DNA from: Octopus vulgaris
Lineage: Eukaryota
NCBI GenBank assembly: GCA_951406725.2
Contig: OX597827.1
Span: 25,730,001 to 25,794,000 of the forward strand
Direction of reading: 5' to 3'
DNA length: 64,000 bases
This document shows, in pieces, positions 40,842 to 53,934 of the stretch; position 1 is the stretch's first letter; every line of letters begins with the position of its first letter. The notes below the pieces were generated by a model, which did no database searches, had not been told where the DNA came from, and was given only the letters and a program-made list of their open reading frames with translations. The position numbers and the translations under genes were made by a program.

Positions 40842-43800
40842 GCGTGTGTCTATGTGTATGCATGTATGTATGTGTATGTATGTATGTGTGGGTGTGTTTT
40901 AAAACCATTTTAGTTTTTTCCAGATTTTTGTTTTCATATCAGTTCTTGCACTTAGTTTGTTACATATATATAATTTTTATATGCACACCCCCACCCCCAC
41001 ACACACGTGTGTGCGTATGCGAGTGATTGTGTTCTGTGTGCGTATGCGAGTGATTGTGTTCTGTGTGCGTATGTGTGTGAGTGTTTCTCGGTGTATTTTG
41101 AAGTAGTGTAATGAGGAGTGTCAAAATATCTTTTACGATTTAGGAAGTCAATTGTAAATTTCTATTACTGAAACAGATTGTGTCTTTAATTAAATATTTC
41201 TATTTCAACTTGCGATTTTGAAGATCAAAAATTTATAGACTTTATGAGGGAAGTTTTAATACGCTTTGTTTGAGCTAGATTTGCATCGTTAAAGGACGCG
41301 TAAAGTTTAAATAATTGGTTTCTGTTTGAACTAAAAAGAAAAAGAAAAATACTCAATGTGATATTTCACAGAGAACACTTTTATAACTATACTTATAGCG
41401 TATAGAATTTCATATCTCAATATTAAAAGCTGATGTCAACTATGAAAGCGTAAATTTTATTAAGAGAATCGAGGAAAAGTATTAGTTGACATCGAATGCT
41501 TATTTAAATAAGTTGTATAAGAATGTATATTGAATATTCTCACTACAAAAATATACGTTCATCTGTTGAAATGGCAGAAGAATTTCAATTACAGTTTTGT
41601 ATGGGTGGTGGATTTTTAATAGAGGCGCTCTAAAGTTCTCTTTAGAAGCTCTTTATAGGAAAAATTACAAGCAAATACGCACATATATAAACACGCACAA
41701 ACACACACACACACTCCTACGCAGACACACACACAAATATATAGAACTTTAATCGTAATACATCCCAAGATTAAGTTTCATACTAAGATATGTGAAGCAA
41801 TCATCAGATGTCATATTGAATAAGTTTTTATGAAGTTGGTGTCGAATAAACAGTGTTATTGGTATAACATTTTCCTCTTTTGCATTTCGAATTGAAACGT
41901 TTTATGTGGCATAAAACATTTCATATAAATATTAGGGGCGTGTTATTAATATTGATCATTAAAAATGAGTGAAAGTAAAGTGGAAGAATATCGATAGTGA
42001 AGAACGCAGGATGTACGATTAAATAAGAAGAGGATCTGCTATATCGAAGCGTTTAAGGAAATTCAAGATCTTATCCGTTAATAATTGGGTTAAACATTTT
42101 TAGAGAAACAGGGGCAATATGAGCCTATTTCACAAACAGTTAAATATTCATTCTCTTATACAGAATGAAGCCTGCGCAGTTAGAATTTTGAAAATACATG
42201 AAAATTATTTTCTTAGAGACGATAGCAAAATCTCGAGAACCTATTACTGGAATAAACCACAGAGGAAGTGCGTGGGATTTATTTCTGAACTTCCCAATGT
42301 CTTGCAAGATACTTGACAGAATTGCCCATATATAAACTGCACTCTCTTTTGGTACTCATGTCTAACTCTGAACCGATGGAAAGTAAAATTTGCCTCGGCA
42401 GTATTTGAACACAAAGTGTAGACTTTTGAAAGCAATAACGGCGAAGCAGTGAAGTTTTAGGGCTTCATAGCTAAATGCCTAGTTTTATATGTATATGTTC
42501 TTTCTTATTCCAAGTTCAAAATCTTCCTTTTGCAGGAGCTCCACCCACAGAATTGGTACTGCAAAGATGGCGTAATCAAAGGAAGTTTTCTTTTCAAATC
42601 TACGAAGTCATAAAAATAATGTAACGTGAGTTCACAAATTACTCTGGATATTTGGAGCACGTGGAAGGTTTTACACACACGATCACATGTACCCTTAACA
42701 TATATGGACAGAGATACAAACACACACACATACACAAACACGCACACAGACACACATTACTGTGAGTTCCAGCGTGTGCATTGTTAATGTCCAAACAAAG
42801 TATACATGTTATCAATAATACGCCATAACGAACTGTGCATTGATAATGTTTTTACAATCAAATACATTTTTCTTTCTTTACACTATTTGCATACTTCAAT
42901 AGCGATGATGTACAACAACTTCATTTATTTTGGGTACACAATATATGCCGTCGAAGTTTTTCTTCGAGCCCCTTTCAATATTTTCTTAAGTTTCCTGTTC
43001 CTTTGCAGGTTTAAAATGATACTTAGCATATTTCAGCATATATGATGAAGAATTTATGTGAAGCCAACAGAGAAACGATGTTTTTTTTCTTTTTATCCTT
43101 TTACTTTGAAATTGTTATACAGGATTTCTTTCAATTTATATAGGCCAATGTTGTTAATTCGGCTTTTGTACTAACACACTCTTAAATATATCCTTCACAG
43201 TGATTGTTATTCAAACTCTAATATCTGACATTATGTAATGTCAAAGCTGGTAAATTAATTTTAAGGTTTAAAAGCGTTGCAAATGAACATGTTGAATATA
43301 ATCGATGCTGAATATCGTTAGGATACATCAACCCCAGAACATTACCAAATAACAATGCCAGGGACGATTAGAAATTGTAGTATTGAGTATTAGAATCGAT
43401 ATTAGAACTGAAACAAAATGCCTGTATTGGCAAATTAGATTGTGTATTGAAAAGGGTTTGATGCCAAAGTAAATAAACAATAATAACAATAAATATAAAA
43501 TAAGTAAATATATACAAAATAAAAGTCAATTCACCACTCCTCTGGTTGGCAATCTCCTATTTCTACTTCTCTGCTAACCTTTATTTCGTTTATTTTATTA
43601 CTTTGATAATACACATCAAAACACATAGATGCATTGTTACTAGGATATGTAAACAATCTAAAACAATTAATACATCAATCAATGTTTTCTTTTTTTTCTT
43701 CACAAATTTGATACAAAATACTAAATTTCTTAGTTTAGGGTTTTTTTTGTTGCTAACAATGCGAATTACTTGATTTTCATTTGATGTACATTATTTACTT

Positions 43801-43885
43801 GTTGCTTTTGCAAACAATATCAAGGGATGGAAATTTCGTAATGGTAGCAACAGCTTATTTAACATAGACCAATTAAATTAGTATA

Positions 43886-43954
<69 letters not shown>

Positions 43955-44215
43955 ATGTCTATATATATATGTGCATGTATATATGTATGTATATATATAT
44001 ATATGTATATATATGTATATGTATACATATATATATATACACACATATATATGTATATATATTTATGTATGTATATATATATATATATATATATATACAC
44101 GCATATATATGTATATATATTATGTATATTCATATGTATATATATATATGCATGTATGTATATATGTGTATGTATTTATATATGTATATATATGTATATA
44201 TATATATGTATACAC

Positions 44216-44253
<38 letters not shown>

Positions 44254-44477
44254 TTATGTATATATGTATATATTTCAGAGAATTGAACAATATTTTATTA
44301 CATAAACTAATCGCGAGGAAAATATTTTTTATTAATCAGCGACAAATGTGCCATTGCCTAATTCACACAGAAACGAGAGTTCTAACGTTCCAAGAAGAGC
44401 TTCCCGATGAGCATAACGTAGCCTCCTTACCAGAAGGTACCACACTCCACAACTTAGAAAAGTATTCATATTCGCAT

Positions 44478-44683
<206 letters not shown>

Positions 44684-44849
44684 CGACCACTCCTTTGTCA
44701 CGCAGTGTAGATGGAAAATGCACCGGAGTGTTTAGTTATCTCTCAAGTGACAACAAAGACCTTAAAAAGATAATACTTTCCTTAAATTGCGCAGAGTATA
44801 ACGCAAGACTGATTTTGTATGACTCCAATCATTCATCTTATTCCCAAAG

Positions 44850-45850
44850 AATTAAGAAGCCTTGAAGTGTCAATAGCCTTGGCCCTTATTCACTGGTTAC
44901 GACTGGTATTACTTTTACAATACCCCACCGCATTCCAAACAGATCTATATTCAATTCGGTGTACTCGGTGACATTTTCCAATCCCTTTAATCGCAATAAA
45001 CATGTCATTTGAAATTACTTTGTCAATGATCTGACAGTATTTATCTTTCTGGTTCAATATAGCAATGTCCGGTCGGTGTTGTTTAATTAGTCTATCAGAA
45101 AATCATAATCTCCGTATATCGTTCTCTTCCCGTTCTCTATCATTATTTTACTGGGCACGCACTCATATCGGTTCTTCATTACCTCGTATTGGTATTTGTT
45201 ACAAAATCCAGTGAAGGGACAGACTTTATCATGGTGGTATTTATTTTGCACGAGGCCATCACATATACTTAGCAAGTGAGCTTTTTTTTACATTCTTTTT
45301 TCTAGAGTCTAAATTTCTGGGTGTCTGAAATTTTGTAGATGTTATACTTCAGTGAATGGAAACGCATGGCCTCGTGGTTAGAGAAGCGGACTCGCAGTCG
45401 AGGGATCGCGGGTTTGAATCTCAAACCGGACGATGTGTGTGTTTATGAGCGAAATACGTAAGCTGCACGCGGCTCCGGCAGAAGGTACTGGCGAACTTCT
45501 GCTGACTCGTTCGCCCCAACTTTCTCTCAATCTTTCCTCCTGCAATTTGCAGCTCACCTGCGACGGACCGGCGTCCTGTCCAAGTGGGGAACCTATACGC
45601 CGATGAAACCAGGAAACTGGTCCTTATGAGCCAGGCATGGCTCGAGAAGGAACGAAGAACAATACTTCAATGAAATGGTAGTAAGAGCTTGGTCATGTGC
45701 TGCATTCATAAAACTTTCAGTGGTACGCTGCAAATTGCCTTCTTCAAGCCATGTCCATGATGCTGTTTTGTCCTTGATATCTTTCAAATTGACCGTGCAA
45801 TCTCATTTGTAGAAGATTGTTTCGCTTCTCTTCAGTCATAGACAATTATG
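44850..45850 (-). mobile_element. Degenerate RLE-type (R4/Dong-like) LINE fragment interrupted by a SINE
   Basis: WTWLEEGNLQRTTESFMNAAHDQALTT (45593-45787), HHDKV...YECVPSKIMIENGKRTIYGDYDFLID (45087-45275), then IKQHRPDIAI (endonuclease RPD motif). Confidence 0.75.
45357..45662 (+). mobile_element. SINE family C copy with probable TSD
   Basis: tRNA-like head tggcctcgtggttagagaagcggactcgcagtcgagg...gggtttgaatc; flanks tacttcagtgaa and tacttcaatgaa. Confidence 0.78.
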
Positions 45851-47998
45851 TTTGATGGAGTATATAGCAGCAAAGTTAAAGAGGTTATTTTGGCTTCCTA
45901 GTTACACATACAAAGTGTTTCGACTCGTCACACCGTCTAGGAAAAAAGAAGCCCTTGAGAAATTTGTATAATGTGAAAGTGTCTCTTTGCATGTAGGATT
46001 TAATGGAAATGAGGATAAAGCGTACACCGATCCGTGCATTGTAAATTAGCGGGTGTTTCTCACTCTCTCTCTCTCTCATTCTCTCCATCTCTCCCTCTCT
46101 CACACACACACTGAGTGTATGTACTAGAGATACTGGTGGGAGGGAAAATGTCCGTTGTAACAGCAAGTGCTCTGTGAAGTTTAATTCAAAATGTGCAATA
46201 AATAGATGGCATAGTATACACGACAAATGAAAAGATACATCGAATAGATTTAGCTGGAGATGCTGTGAAGTGCTAGAGATGATATAACAACACCACTGAA
46301 GTTACACATTTTCTATCATTTAACAGTTTAAAAAAGCTGGCCGTGACCAACAGTATAAAACTGGTGAATTATAAACAATGCAACTAAGGGAATAATATTA
46401 TATTGTATTTACGCATTTCGTACAGTAGACCAGAATATAAACATATTTCAAATTCTATATATGTTAAATAAATATGGAATAGACTCTTTTACAAATGACA
46501 TATTTTATCATTGCTCTATAGAACATTCAAACCCCTTGTGTCTAGAATAGACAGAATTGTCTCCAGCTTAGAAATTCAATCTTCAACGTGCTGCTAAAGA
46601 ATTATTTGAAAATATCAACTGACTTTTTTTTCTCGTAATACCTTAAAGTTTAATTAATTCCAACGTGCCACATAACGTCTATATCATTTCCATTCTTTAT
46701 TATTTTATTATATTTTTCATATTGTTTCTAGTTATATGGTTTCCAAAATTTATCTGAAGGCATAAAGCACACAAAAGAAAATACTTCTAATCTATTTTTC
46801 AAGGAACCAATATCTTTTCGGAATGTAAATATTACAATATGACGACTACAAGAACAAAGAAAGAAAATTAAACAAAACCTATGCAACGAAATAAATAACT
46901 AGAAGAGTAATTATACATTTCTGGTGATAGTGTCAATGGTAATAGAAAAATGCGTCATTTAAATATTCTATAGAATATATATTAGTAAGAGGAACCAACA
47001 GAGTTGGAGATGCAACAGTTTCTTTTTTCAACTGATTAAATACGGAACTTTAGTCACATATTTACAGAAAACATATATATACTTACTTAAGTATACATGT
47101 ATATGTGTGTATATAAATACGTATGTATATATATATATATGTGTATGTGTGTGTGTGTGTATAACTATGTATGCATGTAAATATACATATATATATATAC
47201 ATTTATAAGCATATATATATATACAGGTATGTATAAATACACACACGCGCCTATATATATTTTCACTCCTTTACTCTTTTATTTGTTTCAGTCATTTCAT
47301 TGCGGCCATACAGGAGCATCGCCTTTAGTTAAACAAATCGACCCCAGGGCTCATCCTTTGTAAGCCTAGTACTTAATCTATCGGTCTCTTTTGCCGAATA
47401 GCTAATTTACGGAGATGTAAACACACCAGCATCGTTTGTCAAGCGAAGGTGTGCGTGTGTGTGGGTGAGGGGATAAACACAGACACGCAAACATGTACAC
47501 ACACACACATACACACATATATATATATATATACGGCGGGCTTCCTTCAGTTTCCGTCTCAACTCACAAAGCTTTGGTCCGCTCTAGGCTATAGTAAAAG
47601 ACACTTGTCCAAGGTGCCACGCAGTGGGACTGAACCCGGAACCATGTATATGTATGCATGTATGTATACATATATGTATATGTATGCATGTATATGTATA
47701 TGTATGCATGTATGTATACATGTATGTATACATATATGTATGCATGTATGTATACATACATACATATGTATGTATACATACATACATATATACATGTATG
47801 TATATATACATACATACATAGATACACATACACTTACACACACACACACACATGAATTTGAAAGCATATACTATCTGGACATAATAGATTTCCATCCGTT
47901 AGCATCAGAAACACGTACTTCGAGCAACAGAACTCTACGTACATAACACGATGCTTTTAATACAAATGTTTGTATACAGGAAAAACATAAAGCATCTT

Positions 47999-48215
47999 AA
48001 AGTGTACTAGCCATCTCAATATGGCTAACCACTAAGGGTGGGTGTTACTGTAGCTTTTAGCCCCAGGAGATCATCGTCTCCAGCTGGCTTTAGGCACACT
48101 TTCTGTGCCCTTATGGTATTTGCAAAGGGAGGTCATCCCTCTCTCGTAAACCTAAGCGACACGCACGGACTGCAGTTACTAGGTTTTTGCCTGTCTTCAG
48201 CGTACGGCAGTCACC
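47999..48215 (-). repeat. Hammerhead-containing terminal repeat, copy 1 (3' of the LINE, same sense as the LINE)
   Basis: Reverse complement of 53719-53934 with one 1-bp indel; its first 50 bp are also repeated directly at 53669-53718. Confidence 0.95.
48162..48206 (-). ncRNA. Type I minimal hammerhead ribozyme motif (degenerate copy)
   Basis: Minus strand: CGTACG-CTGAAGA-CAGG-caaaaa-CCTA-GTAAC-TGCA-GTC-CGTGCG. Stem I CGUACG/CGUGCG, intact CUGAAGA and GUC site, GAAA mutated to GUAA. Confidence 0.78.
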
Positions 48216-48476
48216 GGTTTACGATTAATTCTTTATTACGATTATAAAATCAGTACATAGAAGAACAATACAGGACATACATACAAAAAACAGTTAAGTG
48301 GTTCGTTTAAAAATTTCCACAATATATGGATTATTCATTATACAAAAAACTGTATTTAAATTGTCCTTTGCATTGACTAATATAACATTACATTAGATTG
48401 AAATCTTACCGATATATTTTAAACCCCGGCAACCTATAAAGCCTCGCAGCTTTCCTTTCCTCTTCTCCATCCATAG

Positions 48477-51400
48477 TTAAACTGGGTTTCTGACACCCAC
48501 CTTTTTCGCCACTTCCTTCCATCTTTTTTCATACACACCTCGTGGTAAGGTCTTCTTTTCCAGCCCCATTTTGCTCTTCAGATGATATCTGAAGTAAGTG
48601 AGCAAGCCGGGGCCTGAGACAAAGGATCCTATTGCGACTCCTTCCATTCTTGTACGCCACATGCATTCTTTTACTACTGCAACCGTGCAGTGAAAACATG
48701 CCTCACCTTCCTTCGAGAGTCCAGTTGGCGGTATCATCTTAATCATAGACTCAGCCGACAGCTGTACTCGTTCCAGATGTGATAACACGTGTTCTGCGTA
48801 ACTTATCAAGTCTGACAACTGCCGACAGTGTACAAAAGCGTGCTGGACGGTTTCATCGTCCAACCCGCATCTTGGACATGTCAGTGGCACTGAAATTCCG
48901 TGCCGCGATAACTTCTCGCGAACAGGTAAAGCATTCCTATAACACTGCCGGGCCAGGGATCTTTGGAAATTATCCAAATACCCCGTCCTGAAAGTCTTTT
49001 TAAACAGGTTGGTAAGCTGGTCCTCGTCGAACCCCAGAGCCCCTCCTAGGATGTCGTCGTTCTTTGCCTCTACCAGCCTGCTATAAAATACCGAGATGGT
49101 ATTTCCGCAGCCGACCTTGCCCGCCTTGTGGATCAGCGTGAGTGCCTGTCGGCGTCTCCTTTTACCATAAAGTCAGATTCCGTCTTTTGAAGCAACCGGG
49201 TTTAAAATTCACGAAGGAAGCCGGTCTCGGGAAAAATTCTCCTGCCAGCGGATTCCACACCTTATCACCCTCCAGGTGGTGCCAGAGATGCTTCAGCCTC
49301 AACGCATGTCTGCGCATCATCAACCAAGGCATTCCTAACCCACCCTTTAACGGTTCCTGGCAGCAAACGGAGCGCCTCACACGTGGCTTTCCTCCCTTCC
49401 ACAAAAAGCGGAAAAGGATTCGCTCCAACTTGCTAAGCCATGAATCGGGGCAAGGGACAACGGTCAGGCGGTAAGTGATTACAGATGCAATGAACATCTG
49501 TACCACCTCCGCCCTTCCTTTCAAGGACAGAAACCTTCCGGACCAGGTCCGTACTATGGCCTCCACCTTGTCCGTCACCTCACTCCAATTCCTCTCCGTT
49601 TGGGGGTCTGGCCCAAACCAAACTCCTAGCAACTTAACAGGACCATCTGTCCAGTGTCCCACGGCACTGGACGATATCGACTTGCTCCTCCAGGTGCCGA
49701 GGCACAAGCCAATCGACTTGTTCTTGTTAACTTTTGCTCCTGCCACCGCCTCGTATCCTCTGATAGCATCTTCTACACAAGGTAGCTGAGCCTCATTGGA
49801 CACGATGAGGGTGACGTCACCCGCATAAGCAGAAACCGTCCCCCCGCCTCCGATCTCATCCGGGTTACTTCCCAGCCTCTACAACTTTCGCAGCAATGGC
49901 TCGAGAGCCAACACGTACAAAAGTGATGACAAGGGGCACCCTTGACGAACTGAACATTCGATCGGAAACGGTTTCGTTAGGTAACCGTTTATCTGGACGG
50001 TGGACTTGATGCCGCTATACATAGCGGAGATCCACCCGCGAAATTCAGGGCCCAGTCCAGCCGCTTCGAGGACCGTCGCCAGGTACTTATGGTCTACCCT
50101 ATCAAAGCTTTACTTTGGTCTAAATGGACCATTACCCCGCCCTTGCCGGTTAATTTACCCACCCTATCTAAAGTGTAGCGTATAAGGTGAAGATTTCCTG
50201 GATCGACCTGCCTGGAATTGCACATGTCTGTGCTTTCCCTACAAGTTTCTCCACGACAGTCGTCAACCTTTTTGCCAACACCTTGGCCAAAATCTTTAAC
50301 TCTACATTAAGTAGAGTTATGGGCCTGTAATTACTAATGTTATCCCCCTTGCTCGGATCTTTCTGGATTAGCGTCACCACTCCTCGGCTTACAGAACTGG
50401 GAATTCTCCCGTTCTGCTGCCAGTTCGCGTAGACGCCTGCCAGTATTCCCCCGAACAAGTCCGGCATACTTTGATAAAACTCGTAGGGCAGACCATCCAA
50501 CCCCGGCGACTTCTCCCCGGCGCATCCGGCCAGTACCCCCTCTATCTCCGCGGGAGTGATCGCTCCTTCACAGCACTCCACCTCACGCCCCGAGAGCCGC
50601 GGTCCGCCGGCTAGGAAGTCCTTTAAGGCCCTCCTCCGCTCCAGCGACCCCCCCCCCCCCTGAACGCGCGGGCGAAATGCTGGTGAAGAAACTTTTGCAT
50701 CTTCTCCTGTCCATAGATCTTGTGTCCCTTTTCGTCAGTTAAAGACTTGATTGAAGCTTTGTTACCTCTCTGACTCTCCACTCGACGGGCCCATCCGGCA
50801 ACGTTAATACCTTCTCGTTTCCCTGCGCGTAGCTTAGCTCTAACTCTGCAACCTTCGTGTTTGGAGTTAAGGTGACGGTACAATACCGTCCTTGCCGCCA
50901 TCACTCCGGATGCAGAGCCAGATTCCATTGCCTCGTTTAGATTCTTAACTAAATCGTCCTCTATCCTAGACCTATCTAACCTTAGCTGATTGCTAAATCT
51001 AATGGACTCTGAACGAATGGGTCTTTTGAGGGAGTGCCACCATCTATTGTTAATGATGGTGCCACACAATGCCCTCTGTACTAACACCTTAATCCGGGTA
51101 CGGAAGTCTTCACAATTCAAAATAGACTTGTTCAGCTTCCAGTACCCGGGTCCCTGTCTATGGCACTTATCTAATTGCACCCTACAAGTCACAAATTTGT
51201 GATCCGTGTAAGGCACAATGTGAAACTGTGGACAACTAAACGTATCCTTATCTCTTTTCCTAACGAATATCCTATCTATATACGATCTGCGTGAGCCGTC
51301 ATTGTTACTCCACGTCCACTGTGGAACGATCGGCTCATCCAGTCGATAACGGTCTACTAGATTAAAGCTCTCTAGTAGACCCTTGAGGCTAGGGTTCCCC

Positions 51401-51864
51401 TTCCTATTGGTTGAGCCAACACTGTCGACCCGCGCTTCGAGGACAGTGTTAAAGTCCCCTACAAAGACTACCGTTTTCGACGTCACTAAAAAGTGCTCCA
51501 GATTCCGAAAAAACCCAGACTGCCTACACTCATTCGGAGCGTAGACAGCTACCAATCTGAAGGACTGTTTACCTACGTGGGTCACATCCAGAACGACCAG
51601 CCTGCCTTTTGGGTCCAGAAAGACAGTACTTACCTGCAAGTCCAAGCTCTTCCTGATAAGACTGCCACGCCCCTTCCTCCTCACGGCTAGGAGAAATAAA
51701 TTTCTCGAAACCATTTAGAAGAGGCGAGAACGCTTTTACCCGCTCATCTTGGACTCGGTTACAATTGCTTCGTCCACTCCGTGTGTCGTGAGGTCGTTCT
51801 GGAGAAAACTTTGTTTCCATTTCGACCCCATTCCACGCACATTCACACAAACCAGCTTTACCAT
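48477..51864 (-). pseudogene. Tx1-type ORF2: apurinic-like endonuclease, reverse transcriptase, C-terminal zinc finger
   Basis: ATG at 51864 gives MVKLVCVNVRG (APE start). Further motifs: VYAPN, VFVGDFN, SYIDRIF, TDHK, GPGYWKLN, KSPGLDGLPYEFY, NYRPITLLNVELKILAKVLA, VRQGCPLS (~49930), SAYAGDVT (~49820, YADD altered), GGLGMP, CPRCGLDDETVQHAFVHC. Multiple frameshifts. Confidence 0.93.
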
Positions 51865-51891
51865 TGTCGGGGAGAGAGAAAAAAAATAAAC

Positions 51892-53292
51892 TTACGGTTG
51901 GGACAGGGAGCATGACAGTTTAAATCTGCATGCTTCCCCTTCTTCCTCCCTTGTGGAAGTAGCTGCAGGGCTCTTAACCGGCGTTGCCATCGGGCTCTGG
52001 GTAGGTGTGGTTGCCGGGGTTATAGTAAGTTTGCCCTCCAGTATTTCGTTAGTTACGTCTCTGATAAGGTTATTTTTTAAATGTTCTGGGAGTGTTTTTT
52101 CCTTCCACTCGTCTTCCTTTATTTTTGCAAAACGAGTGGTCGACTTAGTGTTTGCAGACTTACTGAATAATTTCAGTTTTGAAAATTTAAAATACTTAAA
52201 CACTCTATCGTTCCTCTCGTCGAATGCTACAATCTTTTCATTTTTTTAAATCAATTTTTTCCAATCTTGTTTTATGGGGAGGGGCTTGGCGAACTGTGTT
52301 CCAATGAATACAGTGCCGTGGGGGTAGGGCTGGGGAATTTATTTGTATGTATTTCTGCGGTGTTTGCTGATTTTCTCTTTGTTTGGGGAGGAGAGTCCAG
52401 GGTATTTTCTTTTTTTCTTTTGTGTGTCACCTGTGTAAATTCCATTTGTTCATTTTTATCTTCCGTTTCGATTCACTTCCTTGTCGCAGTCTTGGGGTCT
52501 TTTTCCGCCTTTTCTTTTTCTGTGTTTGAAGCACTTTGAGGAGGGGCTTCGCTTTTTTTCTTTTTTTTTTATGCAGTTCGAGCGGACGTGAGCCTTTTCA
52601 CCACATTTGAAACACCTAGGTCTGCGCCCCTCCACTGACACTCTCATTGAAATTCCCTCCTCAATAAATACCCTATCGGGTAAGTTTTCTAGCACAATTA
52701 TTTTCTGCTTGAACGAGGAGTTCGAGCGCTTGTCCCTTCCAGTTTACCTCCTCTTTCCTTTTCATCTGCAGAATTGAGACTTTCTGCTCTACGTCGTGCA
52801 GAACCGCCGCTGCTACCCACATTATATCATATCCTCTTGGAATGTCTTCCACATATAGTTTCGCAGTTCTTTTGCCCATATAGGTAGGTAGTAACATGAT
52901 GTCCTCACTTTTTAAGGTCATCGATGAAATCTCTCTTGCCACATCAGCCGAGTCGAAATGTGCTTCAACGGTAGCGCTGCGGGCACCTCGACCGACGTAG
53001 CGAATTTTGCTCCACACCGGGGACAAGCACTTCTCTACTATTTCGTTCTTCACGTCCATTATTTTTTCTCTTTGTTACTGTAAACCTCGTACACGACTGT
53101 CTTGGCCTTTATTTCCTGTAATATTGCTTGCGGCGGTACCAGTTTTATTTCGTTGCCTTCCTTTTTGACCAAGTTCCGGTATTCGAACAACTGTTCTATT
53201 TTGAATTCCACTTCCGTTACGGTACCTTCTGTTCGCCTTTTCCCATCACAGGAAAGCCGCTCCTCGACTCCAAGTCGAACTCCATTTCTCAA
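51892..53292 (-). pseudogene. Tx1-type ORF1 (nucleic-acid binding, zinc knuckle), frameshifted
   Basis: Consecutive ORFs 53059-53292, 52673-53059, 52456-52695 (EGRRPRCFKCGEKAHVRSNC) and 51892-52203. Several breaks coincide with poly-T runs. The start codon is uncertain. Confidence 0.8.
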
Positions 53293-53668
53293 ATTATGAG
53301 AACCAATTTTTCAAGAAAAAAAAAAAAAAATTACCCTGAAGGTAATAACAATGTTTATACACAGAATTTTCAGCCCCGTAGGGCGAAAATTACTGTCACG
53401 CAACGGACAACTGTTCAATTCACGAGCAAACACAAACAACGACGAACAAAAAACGAACTCACTCAACAAAATAGGCAGCTAACTTCTCTATACGCAGATG
53501 AAAGAGGGGTCCCTAGACGAGTCAAAACACCGGTTTACGATGAAAGGAAAGCCTGTTTGCAAATACTTATGGGTTTTTCTAGTAACTTCCGTCACTGATT
53601 TCGAAAAACTGTCTGCAAGCAATAATAAATCTCTGAATGAGATGTAAACAGTAACCGCTCGACAACGT

Positions 53669-53718
53669 AAAGTATACTAGCCATCTCAATATGGCTAACC
53701 ACTAAGGGTGGGTGTTAC
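53669..53718 (-). repeat. 50-bp direct copy of the terminal repeat end, abutting the LINE 5' end
   Basis: aaagtatactagccatctcaatatggctaaccactaagggtgggtgttac equals 47999-48048 with one mismatch. Confidence 0.96.
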
Positions 53719-53934
53719 GGTGATTACCGTACGTTGACAAGAGGCAAATACCTCGAAACTGCAGTTCGTGCGTATCGCTTAGGTTTACGAGAGAGGAATA
53801 ACCTCCCTTTGCAAATACCATAGGGCACAGAAAGTGTGCCTAAAGCCAGCTGGAGACGATGATCTCTTGGGGCTAAAAGCTACAGTAACACCCACCCTTA
53901 GTGGTTAGCCATATTGAGATGGCCAGTATACTTT
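53719..53934 (+). repeat. Hammerhead-containing terminal repeat, inverted full copy
   Basis: ggtgattaccgtacg...gagatggccagtatacttt is the reverse complement of 47999-48215. Confidence 0.95.
53728..53772 (+). ncRNA. Type I minimal hammerhead ribozyme motif (degenerate copy)
   Basis: CGTACG-TTGACAA-GAGG-caaata-CCTC-GAAAC-TGCA-GTT-CGTGCG. Perfect stem II and GAAA, palindromic ACUGCAGU stem III, core CUGAnGA mutated to UUGACAA. Confidence 0.78.

Larger units (their letters stand above)
48224..53668 (-). mobile_element. Full-length L1/Tx1-clade non-LTR retrotransposon (frameshifted)
   Basis: 5' UTR, ORF1 with CCHC knuckle, ORF2 APE-RT-zinc finger, and a 3' UTR with AATAAA at 48237-48232 (minus). 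No poly(A) tail. Confidence 0.93.

Noticed and set aside
47999-48048. 50-bp direct repeat as the LINE's target-site duplication
   Set aside because: The left copy is separated from the LINE 3' end by ~170 bp of further repeat sequence, so it does not abut the insertion.
47999-48215. snRNA/tRNA/5S target of a Keno/Dewa-type Tx1 element
   Set aside because: I could not match it by eye to U1, U2, U3, U5, U6, 5S or tRNA sequences; an Rfam search would settle it.
53669-53934. Apparent 266-bp MITE with 50-bp TIRs, or the whole 5.9-kb unit as a DNA transposon or DIRS element
   Set aside because: There is no TSD, transposase or tyrosine recombinase. The interior is wholly the inverted copy of 47999-48215 and carries a hammerhead, so partial-tandem plus inverted retro-repeat geometry fits better.
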